From: a candidate division WOR-3 bacterium
GTDB lineage: Bacteria; Hydrothermota; Hydrothermia; JBDRYB01
Assembly: GCA_039803205.1 (NCBI GenBank)
Contig: JBDRYB010000028.1
Span: 1 to 21,708, forward strand
DNA length: 21,708 bases
Reading direction: 5' to 3'
The notes beneath the pieces are model-generated. The model saw only the letters and a program-made list of their open reading frames with translations. It did no database searches and was not told the DNA's origin. A program made the position numbers and the translations under genes. Shown here one piece after another: positions 9,179-16,786 of the stretch. Each line of letters starts with the position of its first letter. The stretch's first letter is position 1.

Positions 9179-9184
9179 GAACAA

Positions 9185-9258
9185 TGGGCCCAAGTGGACT
9201 TGAACCACTCGCCTCCCGGTTATCAGCCGGGTGCTCTAGCCAACTGAGCTATGGGCCC
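9185..9258 (-). tRNA. tRNA-Ile(GAT), CCA not encoded
   Basis: Reverse complement GGGCCCA-TA-GCTC-AGTTGGCTA-GAGC-A-CCCGG-CT-GAT-AA-CCGGG-AGGCG-AGTGG-TTCAAGT-CCACT-TGGGCCC-A folds as a full cloverleaf. Confidence 0.96.
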
Positions 9259-9270
9259 AATAGGATGAAA

Positions 9271-9300
9271 AGGATAAAGCAACTCCGTAGTAGGATGCAA
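9271..9300 (-). promoter_or_regulatory. Putative promoter for tRNA-Ile (and possibly hutI)
   Basis: Minus strand TTGCAT-18 bp-TATCCT, 12 nt upstream of the tRNA 5' end. Confidence 0.5.
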
Positions 9301-9397
9301 CCTGCCGTTTAGCTCGTGGCCCATATTCTAATCCAAAGGCCGAATCCGGGCCAGCTGTGCCCGGAAAACCGGACTGGACCCCCGTGAACGCGGGTTT

Positions 9398-9427
9398 TTG
9401 AAAACGCGCGCGCCCTTGGACTATAAT
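9398..9427 (+). promoter_or_regulatory. sigma70 promoter giving a leaderless manC transcript
   Basis: TTGAAA(9398-9403)-18 bp-TATAAT(9422-9427); ATG at 9435 after 7 nt, no SD. Confidence 0.7.
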
Positions 9428-9434
9428 CTGTTTC

Positions 9435-10460
9435 ATGATTTACGGCGTCATCTTGGCTGGAGGAAAAGGGGAGAGGTTTTGGCCCCTCTCCCGGACACGG
9501 AGGCCTAAGCAACTGATAAGGTTTGGTGAGAAAACTCTACTTGAGACCGCATACGACCGGGTAAGCCAAATCGCTGATAGAACATGGATCATAACGGGCT
9601 TATTGATAGAGGGGGAGATAAAGAAGCTCCTGCCCCAGGCAGAAGTGATCGCCGAACCCATAGGGAAGAACACTGGCCCAGCCTGCTTTTACACTGGTAT
9701 GCTGGCGCTCAGGGAGCATCCGGAAGCGGTCCTCATCGTTGCTCCTTCGGATCATGTTATAAAGGATGTAAAAGCTTTCCTGGATTGTGCGAGGCTCGCT
9801 GTTGAGGTTGCGAACAAGGGTTACCTCGTGACATTCGGCGTTCTCCCCACCAGACCCGAGACCGGTTACGGCTACATTGAAAGGGGCGATTTCCTCGGGG
9901 AGGGATACGGCGCGAGGGCTTATGTTGCTAAGCGTTTCCACGAGAAACCCGATAGGGCCACAGCAGAGGAATACATGCGCTCCGGCAGGTTCTATTGGAA
10001 CTCAGGCATGTTCGTCTGGCGAGCGGATGTGCTTTATGAGCAGGTAAAGCGCAACGCTCCGGATATCGTGAAGGCCATGCCTCCTGACATGAACCTAGAG
10101 GCGTTTTACAGGGATACCCCATCCATATCCGTTGATTACGCGGTGATGGAAAAGGCCGAAAAAATAGCGGTAGTTGAAGCAACATTTGATTGGGAGGATG
10201 CCGGAAGCTTTGCTTCTCTTGAGAGGGTCTTCCCCCCAGACGAGCGCGGAAATGTGATCTGGGGCGACGCTATACAGATGGGGGCCGAAGGTTGCGTTTT
10301 GGCCTCAGAGGGAGGGCTTGTTGCGGTTTGGGGGGTTCGGGACCTGGTCGTTGTTCACACCCCCGACGCGACTTTGGTGATTCCTCGTTCAGATGCCCAA
10401 AAAGTGAAGGAGATCCTCGCTGAGCTGGGGAAGGATCCAAAGAGAAAATCACTGCTATGA
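9435..10460 (+). CDS. manC: Mannose-1-phosphate guanylyltransferase (monofunctional, no PMI cupin)
   Basis: ILAGGKGERFWPLSR..PKQ, EPIGKNTGPA, PSDH, PETGYGYIE, F.EKPD, WNSGMF, ISVDYAVMEK, W.D.GS. Confidence 0.95.
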   Translation: MIYGVILAGGKGERFWPLSRTRRPKQLIRFGEKTLLETAYDRVSQIADRTWIITGLLIEGEIKKLLPQAEVIAEPIGKNTGPACFYTGMLALREHPEAVLIVAPSDHVIKDVKAFLDCARLAVEVANKGYLVTFGVLPTRPETGYGYIERGDFLGEGYGARAYVAKRFHEKPDRATAEEYMRSGRFYWNSGMFVWRADVLYEQVKRNAPDIVKAMPPDMNLEAFYRDTPSISVDYAVMEKAEKIAVVEATFDWEDAGSFASLERVFPPDERGNVIWGDAIQMGAEGCVLASEGGLVAVWGVRDLVVVHTPDATLVIPRSDAQKVKEILAELGKDPKRKSLL

Positions 10461-10470
10461 GTATGAGGTC

Positions 10471-11802
10471 ATGAAACACCCATTTGAGCCCTTCAGGATA
10501 AAGATAACAGAGCCCATCGTCATAACAACGAGGGCTGAGAGGGAGGCCGCTCTCAAAGCATCAAGATACAACCTCTTCCAGGTTCCATCCCGGACCGTTC
10601 TCGTTGACCTATTGACTGACTCGGGAACAGGCGCGATGAGCCAGGATCAGCTCTCATCCATGATGGCATCAGACGAGGCATACGCTTGCCCGAGGTCATG
10701 GGAGAGGTTTGAGGCCGCTGTTCAGGAATTCACGGGAATGCCATATGTTATACCCTCTCACCAGGGGAGGGCTGGCGAAAGGATTGCCTGCGCGGCGCTT
10801 TTGAAAAAAGGCGATGTCGTTTTATCAAACACCCTATTTGAGACCACGAGGGCCAACCTCGCATACGAGGGAGCTGTTGGGATTGACATCCCCTGCCCGG
10901 AATCTCTTGATATATTCCTGGACACTCCTTTCAAGGGAAACATTGATCTTGACGCTCTTGAGGATCACATGAGAAAGGGCCCTGTAAGGGCTGTGATAAT
11001 GACCCTGACCAACAACTTCGGCGGAGGACAACCTGCTTCCTGGGAGAACATAAGAGGGGCTTCGGCTCTCGCTAAAGGCCACGGAGCTCTCTTCTGGATT
11101 GATGCCTGCAGGATAGCTGAGAACGCTTATTTCATAAAGGAGAGAGAGGGGATAAACAAGACCGTCCCCGAGATAATCAGGGACATATTTTCTCTTGCTG
11201 ACCTCGTTACCCTCAGCACGAAGAAGGATTTCTTGACCCACGCTGGTGGATTCATCGCTCTGAGGGATGAGGCTCTCGCGAGAAAGATGAGGGAAATAAT
11301 GGTCATTTGGGAGGGGTTTCCTGCATATGGCGGCTTGGCGAGGAGGGAGCTTGAGGCAATGGTTCACGGGTTAACCGAGGCCACAGATGAGGCTCATTTG
11401 AGATACAGGGTAAACCAGGTTGCTTACCTCGCGATCGGTCTGAGGGAGGCTGGGTTTCCGGTTCTCTGGCCCCCGGGCGGCCACGCGGCCTACATTGACG
11501 CGTCCGGAGCATTGCCCCACATACCTAGGGAGGAGTTTCCGGGCCACGCGCTCGCGTGCGCTTTCTACACCGAGGGAGGGGTGAGGGGGACTGAGACGGA
11601 TTCCCTCCTTTTCAGGAAGGATTCCCCTCGTGATATGTTCCGGCTCGCTGTTCCGAGAAGGGTATATACCCAGAGCCACATTGACCATGTGATTGAAACT
11701 GGTCGCGCTATCCTTTCGGCCAAGAAGGACCTGAGGGGCTACAGGCTCACATATGCCCCTGAGCGCCTTGCCTTCTTCCTCGCTGAATACGAGCCGCTCT
11801 GA
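10471..11802 (+). CDS. PLP-dependent beta-eliminating lyase, tryptophanase/tyrosine phenol-lyase family (substrate uncertain)
   Basis: EPFRIK, DLLTDSGT, DEAY (Y71), HQGRAGE, DACR, STKKD (PLP lysine), RLAVPRRVYTQSH. Confidence 0.92.
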   Translation: MKHPFEPFRIKITEPIVITTRAEREAALKASRYNLFQVPSRTVLVDLLTDSGTGAMSQDQLSSMMASDEAYACPRSWERFEAAVQEFTGMPYVIPSHQGRAGERIACAALLKKGDVVLSNTLFETTRANLAYEGAVGIDIPCPESLDIFLDTPFKGNIDLDALEDHMRKGPVRAVIMTLTNNFGGGQPASWENIRGASALAKGHGALFWIDACRIAENAYFIKEREGINKTVPEIIRDIFSLADLVTLSTKKDFLTHAGGFIALRDEALARKMREIMVIWEGFPAYGGLARRELEAMVHGLTEATDEAHLRYRVNQVAYLAIGLREAGFPVLWPPGGHAAYIDASGALPHIPREEFPGHALACAFYTEGGVRGTETDSLLFRKDSPRDMFRLAVPRRVYTQSHIDHVIETGRAILSAKKDLRGYRLTYAPERLAFFLAEYEPL

Positions 11803-11874
11803 GCACATCTTCGCGCAGTTCAGCTCGCTCCGACCGCGGCGAAGTCAAAGGGGCTTGGGGCGACAAATCGGCCC

Positions 11875-11903
11875 TTGACATTCCGCAGATTATCAGTTAA
11901 TAT
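11875..11903 (+). promoter_or_regulatory. sigma70 promoter of the 11928 gene
   Basis: TTGACA(11875-11880)-17 bp-TAATAT(11898-11903); SD GGAGGT upstream of ATG 11928. Confidence 0.7.
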
Positions 11904-11927
11904 AACTGGTGAATTTGGAGGTGTAAT

Positions 11928-13589
11928 ATGTTTTATACCTTACTTTTATTCGCGGGGGCCCCGGAGCCCCTTGAGGTCTATAGAGCAGAGACAGGGATGG
12001 ATACTAGGCCGAAGAAGATGGCTTGCCCCATATCACAGTCATCCTTCCCGCAGCAGATAATAGAGGAAGTCGTGAACGGCCAGGAGATATCCGTCGCTGA
12101 GCTTATGGGCGGAGGAGGCTGGTTTTCCAACGAGATACAGGATCCGAGCATCCCTGGCGATGACGCTGGATACGGGGATAGCCCTGATATCGTAGGGGAT
12201 GCTCTTGGAGGGCTATGGGCCATAGTTTCCGAGACCATGGAGAACAACTCCCGGGACACCATAAAGGTCTATTACTCTGGGGATGATGGCCAGACATGGG
12301 TTCACAAGATAAGCATTGTATCAGCAACTGCCGGTTATCATCCCCATGACGCGAGGCTCTCGGTTGACAGATATACCAATTACATCTACTTCACGAACAT
12401 CCTCTCGACGGACATAAACTCCACCGGAGCGCTCTTTGCTGGGCGCTGGCGGCACACCGGAGGGGGAAACATCACGGACCTGGCAACCGTGAATGTTTCC
12501 AACGACTACTATGGTTCATCAACGGTCGCGGCTGATGGTGCTAACAACGGCTATGTGTATCTCGCGGCCTATTACTACGATGGGCTTCTCGTTTCCGTGG
12601 ATGTCTGGCGTTCACCAAACCGCGGAAATACCTGGACCTTGGTGGATTACTATGAGCCCAGCTGGTCCCTCTCAAACTCCATGCAGATAGGCGCGAGATA
12701 CGGCAACTCCGGAGTTATCGTCTCTTTTGGGGCGCAGGAGCTCCTCGCACCCTGGCGTGTCTATTACGCTCTGGTCAATTCCTCTTCTTCTTCAATAGAC
12801 TGGTATTACTTCAATATGGACTTCAACACGATCGTGGCCACGGATTGCATAGGCCAAGGAAACAGATTGCTCATCTGGGCAGAGGATGAGAAGGGCACAT
12901 ATAACCACGACCTATTCATCTTCTATTCCACTGATGGCGGAGCTAACTGGTATGGCGGATATAGAGATTCCTCAAGCCTAACGGACACCAGAATGCCAGC
13001 TCTGGATGTTGATGGCACGGGTTCCTACTTCTATGCCGCGCATTACTTTGACTCAGGGCGTGATGGCTACGGAAGGCCTTATTTCCTCCGGTCATCAAAC
13101 ATGTGGACATATACCCCTTGGCCCGGTTGCGAGATTGACTGCACAAATGGCGACTCAGTCCCCTCAGGGAGTCCAAGCCCATCAAACCTGCACATATGGG
13201 ATATTGGGGTGTGCGCTGGCTATTCAAACACCCTTGGCACCTGGATCCCTCATGTTGTATGGCGCAGGATAGGCGGCGTCGGCGGCTATGATGCCTGGCA
13301 CTCAACCCTTGATGACATCCTGGGCACATCGGAGGATGAGGATGTTCCTTTCATGTTCTCGCCCCTTGCGACGGTTGGCAAAGGGCTTATTTTCGCCTAT
13401 TCCGCTCCAGAGGGGACCTCGCTTGAGCTCAAGGTATACAACGCGGCAGGCGCGCTCGTTCGCAAAGAGAGCATGGTGGTTTCAGGGCCCGGGAGGCTTT
13501 CCGTTGAAGGCCTTCCATCAGGGACATACATCTGGAGGGCCTCGCTTGGTCAGGAGAGATACTGGGGCAAGGCCGCGGTCATAAAGTAG
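11928..13589 (+). CDS. Secreted Asp-box/BNR (sialidase-fold-like) beta-propeller protein with T9SS-like C-terminal domain
   Basis: Asp-boxes SGDDGQTW, SPNRGNTW, STDGGANW; C-terminus LKVYNAAGALV..LPSGTYIW..GKAAVIK; short hydrophobic N-terminus. Confidence 0.75.
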   Translation: MFYTLLLFAGAPEPLEVYRAETGMDTRPKKMACPISQSSFPQQIIEEVVNGQEISVAELMGGGGWFSNEIQDPSIPGDDAGYGDSPDIVGDALGGLWAIVSETMENNSRDTIKVYYSGDDGQTWVHKISIVSATAGYHPHDARLSVDRYTNYIYFTNILSTDINSTGALFAGRWRHTGGGNITDLATVNVSNDYYGSSTVAADGANNGYVYLAAYYYDGLLVSVDVWRSPNRGNTWTLVDYYEPSWSLSNSMQIGARYGNSGVIVSFGAQELLAPWRVYYALVNSSSSSIDWYYFNMDFNTIVATDCIGQGNRLLIWAEDEKGTYNHDLFIFYSTDGGANWYGGYRDSSSLTDTRMPALDVDGTGSYFYAAHYFDSGRDGYGRPYFLRSSNMWTYTPWPGCEIDCTNGDSVPSGSPSPSNLHIWDIGVCAGYSNTLGTWIPHVVWRRIGGVGGYDAWHSTLDDILGTSEDEDVPFMFSPLATVGKGLIFAYSAPEGTSLELKVYNAAGALVRKESMVVSGPGRLSVEGLPSGTYIWRASLGQERYWGKAAVIK

Positions 13590-13597
13590 GGGTGAAC

Positions 13598-14529
13598 ATG
13601 CGTTGGCTGTTATCTGGGGCTGTGGGCCTGCTTTTTGATGTAGGTTTGGTTCTGGGGTATGAGAATGTTATGATTCCCTTTAGTGGGACACATCAGCGCT
13701 CTGGGATATCTCAGATACCTACGGACATGATGGCGTGCCCGATCCTCCCTGGTCATGTGTCGCTTACGCGGTTCACAATTTCAAGAACCTCTACCTGGCC
13801 ATGCGGGCGTTCAGGGACACGAGCATGGATGACTCGTGCGAGGTTTTCTTCGGCGTGGACGACGATCTCTCGTGCTCGTGGCCCCTGAGTGATACGGTTG
13901 AGGGCCTAAACAGGATCTCCAATCAGGGCATCTGGCTCACTCGCTGGTGCCTCCAGGATTCATTAAGTCCTTGGTATGACGCTGGCCTATCGGACTTTGC
14001 GTTTTCGTGTTGCAGGGGCTACATTACGCTTGAGTGGAAGATACCTCTTCTGAACCAATGCTATGACCCGCCGGACCCTTCTGATATTGGTCCCCAGTAT
14101 GTGTTCGTTTGCGTGACAATGGGTTGTGTGGGGGACGAAATAGGTGGCTTCCTCTCCTACTACGACCAGAGCAGAGGTTTCCTGGGGTGGTGGCCAAGGG
14201 ACGCTATCGCGGAAGATATGCCTGGTTATTATGGATATATGTTACTGGAACCACCGGGCGCGGTTGGCGAGACAGGAGCACCTGGCCTTTGTTCCTGCTT
14301 TGCGAGGGCCGCAGACAAGAGTGTTGAGGTTTCGCTTTCCCTAGGCCAGGCCTCGGATGTCAGGCTGAGTCTTTATGATTCCGCGGGAAGGCTTTCGGAG
14401 CTCCTGTTCTCAGGAAGTCTATCTCCGGGAAAATATGGGTTCATTTCCTCCCAAAAGGGGGCTGGGGTCTATTTCGTGTTGCTTGAGGCAGGAGAAGGGC
14501 GCTTGGCCCGAAAGATAGCGATCAGGTGA
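13598..14529 (+). pseudogene. 5'-disrupted gene for a Cys-rich secreted protein (DOMON/CBM9-like region) with T9SS-like C-terminal domain
   Basis: Body frame is open from 13684 to 14529 but blocked upstream by TAG 13681, TGA 13660 and TGA 13636. A signal-peptide-like MRWLLSGAVGLLF (ATG 13598) is in another frame. C-terminus LSLYDSAGRL..GAGVYFV..RKIAIR. Confidence 0.55.
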
Positions 14530-14537
14530 TAGGAGGG

Positions 14538-15905
14538 CTACTTCACAGCGACAGAGCTCAATCTTTCCCCTGAGTCCAGAACGAGGAGATAAGCCCCTCG
14601 GCCGAGGCCTTCATCCCAGATCAGCCTATGCTCTCCTCTTTCCAGGCTCCACTCCCTCAGCTTGCGTCCTATGGGGTCAAAAACCGCGAGCTTCCCGGGC
14701 CCGATCAGCCTGATCAGCGCGATGCTCCCTGAGATCCTCATGCTGTTTGATGTCTCTTTTGTGGATTCATCAGCCCCGAGCGCGCAATCCTGGCCGAAGA
14801 AGATGGAGAGATACGAGTAGCCTCCCGTGTAGTTGTTTCCCAGAATATCAGGACAACCGTTTCCGTCTATATCACCAACCCAAACGCCATATGAATTCCC
14901 GGTTGTCAGATTGCGTTTGACGAAGCCCGATCCGATGTTCTCAAACCAGGCTATTTCTCCAGATGCGGGCCAAGAGCCAGCTGATGCCCCCGCGGCCACC
15001 ACATCCATATCCCCGTCCCCGTCAAGGTCCGAGAACATCCCTGCACAACCATATGTCACTGGGCCAACATACCGCTCCGTAAAGGCTCCCGCTCCATTAT
15101 TCAGATATATCCTCGCGTCCCCCGCGCCTGAGCCGGCAGACCCGAGCACCACTAGGATGTCCTGGTATCCGTCGCCATCAAAATCAGCTGAGTGGACACC
15201 GTGAGGGTATGGCAAGCCAGATGCCACGGTCCCTCCAACCGAGAAGCTCCACCCGTTGTTCCTGAACCACATTACCCAGCCCGAGCCCCAATGACAGCCG
15301 ACAACATCCTGGTCGCGGTCTCCGTCAATATCTGCCCAGCAGACGCCCTCATTTTCTCCGTTCGCTCCATATGAGTAGACCGTTATCTTGGTGAAACTCC
15401 CGCCGCCGTTATTTCTGTAGGCGTAGAAACCCGCGGGTGAGTGACTCACAACTATGTCAATATCGCCGTCCCCATCCGCGTCCGCCGCATCGCAATGGTT
15501 AGTGTAGGAGCCTGCCGCGTCTATCGTGGTGTATGATGGGAAAGAGCCGCCGATGTTTTGGTGCAGAAAGACTTGATACGAGAAGTCCAAGGATACTATG
15601 TCCGGCAGGTAGTCCCCCGCGAAGTCCCTGAGCGCGTGGCCGTAGATACCAAGACCGCCTATAGTTTGCTTGGTGAATGAGCCGCCGTCGTTCCGATACC
15701 ATCGCATGTTGGGCGATTCTGCCCAAGCATTGCAATATATATCCTTATCTCCATCTCCGTCTATGTCGCTGACCGACCAGAAGCTCATTACCACGAACCC
15801 CCAACTCGTGCCCACGGTGTCTATCCTGGTCTCGGTGAAGTAAAGGCTTTTTGCCGTGCCGGTTAGGGCTCCGGCGACAACCACTATCTTTAGAATGATC
15901 CTCAT
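14538..15905 (-). CDS. Secreted FG-GAP/VCBS-repeat (7-blade) protein with T9SS-like C-terminal domain
   Basis: Seven DxDGDGxxD-type repeats. Start moved to ATG 15905 (SD GGAGG at 15911-15915), giving signal peptide MRIILKIVVVAGALTGTAKS. C-terminus AVFDPIGRKL..GRGAYLL..VAVK. Confidence 0.85.
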   Translation of the reverse strand: MRIILKIVVVAGALTGTAKSLYFTETRIDTVGTSWGFVVMSFWSVSDIDGDGDKDIYCNAWAESPNMRWYRNDGGSFTKQTIGGLGIYGHALRDFAGDYLPDIVSLDFSYQVFLHQNIGGSFPSYTTIDAAGSYTNHCDAADADGDGDIDIVVSHSPAGFYAYRNNGGGSFTKITVYSYGANGENEGVCWADIDGDRDQDVVGCHWGSGWVMWFRNNGWSFSVGGTVASGLPYPHGVHSADFDGDGYQDILVVLGSAGSGAGDARIYLNNGAGAFTERYVGPVTYGCAGMFSDLDGDGDMDVVAAGASAGSWPASGEIAWFENIGSGFVKRNLTTGNSYGVWVGDIDGNGCPDILGNNYTGGYSYLSIFFGQDCALGADESTKETSNSMRISGSIALIRLIGPGKLAVFDPIGRKLREWSLERGEHRLIWDEGLGRGAYLLVLDSGERLSSVAVK

Positions 15906-15996
15906 TTCAGCCTCCTGGTTCTCTTGTAAATTATGCGCCATGACCAGAGAGAAATTCACCTAACGATCAACCAGGCGCCGTGGTTTAGCCTCGCGT

Positions 15997-16002
15997 TATA
16001 AT
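15997..16002 (+). promoter_or_regulatory. -10 element upstream of etfB
   Basis: TATAAT followed by SD AAAGGAG; no recognisable -35. Confidence 0.4.
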
Positions 16003-16027
16003 TTCTCCCTAAAGGAGAGCTTGAACC

Positions 16028-16777
16028 ATGAAGATAGCTGTTCTTCTCAAAAGGGTCCCTGACACGGGAATTTCCCTTCGGGTCAATCCTGATGGCTCCG
16101 ACATCCTCCAGGAAGGCGTCGCTTATGTCACGAACCCATATGACGAGTATGGCCTGGAGGAGGCTGTCAGGATAAAGGAGAGGTCCCCCGAGGCCGAGGT
16201 AGTCGCCATTAGCCTTGGCCCGGATGAGGCCCAGGATGTCCTCAGAAACGCGCTGGCAATAGGCGCTGATAGGGCTATACTCCTCAAGAGCCCGGATTAC
16301 AGGTGGCTTGACCCCCTTTCCTCTGCCAGCATCCTCGCTGAGGCCCTAAAGGCCGAGAGCCCGGATCTCATCCTCGTTGGGAAGCAGGCTGTTGATGATA
16401 ATGCTTACGCTGTTCCAGCGTATATAGCCCATTCCCTTGGCCTGCCCATCGTATCCTACGCGATAAGGATAGACCTTTCTGGCTCAGAGGCTCTGGTCAC
16501 GAGGGAGACTGACTGGGGAACCGAGAAGGTCAAGGTCTCCTTGCCCTGCGTGATAACATGCGAGAAGGGCTTGAACGAGCCTCGCCTCCCGGCTCTTCGG
16601 GGCATCATGGCCGCTAAGAAGAAGCCAATAGATGTCAAGGATGTCTCGGGTTCGCCCGCTTTCGGAAGGCCGAGCCTGGCACTGCCTCCGCAGAAGCAGG
16701 CAGGCGTGAAGGTTCAGAAGGAGTTCCCGCAGGATGTTGATGATCTCGTCTCGTTCCTGAGGGAAAAGATACTGTAG
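16028..16777 (+). CDS. etfB: Electron transfer flavoprotein beta subunit
   Basis: KRVPDT, NPYDEYGLEEA, ALAIGADRA, GKQAVDD, LNEPRLP..GIMAAKKK. Confidence 0.95.
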   Translation: MKIAVLLKRVPDTGISLRVNPDGSDILQEGVAYVTNPYDEYGLEEAVRIKERSPEAEVVAISLGPDEAQDVLRNALAIGADRAILLKSPDYRWLDPLSSASILAEALKAESPDLILVGKQAVDDNAYAVPAYIAHSLGLPIVSYAIRIDLSGSEALVTRETDWGTEKVKVSLPCVITCEKGLNEPRLPALRGIMAAKKKPIDVKDVSGSPAFGRPSLALPPQKQAGVKVQKEFPQDVDDLVSFLREKIL

Positions 16778-16786
16778 GAGGTCAAA

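Noticed and set aside
9185..9258. tRNA as an integration site for an island
   Set aside because: No integrase and no duplicated tRNA 3' end seen in the window
11803..11874. CTTCGC/GCGAAG hairpin after the lyase as a terminator or riboswitch
   Set aside because: Short stem, long loop, no U-tract and no recognisable aptamer
13681..13683. TAG read-through (pyrrolysine or alternative genetic code)
   Set aside because: TAG is a genuine stop for rpsN, rpsE and etfB; additional TGA stops lie upstream in the same frame
13592..13888. 98-aa ORF as an independent gene
   Set aside because: Only its first ~25 codons look meaningful (leader-like); the rest is off-frame overlap with the CTD gene body
15906..15959. 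Longer start for the FG-GAP gene given in the ORF track
   Set aside because: SD GGAGG and signal peptide support ATG 15905
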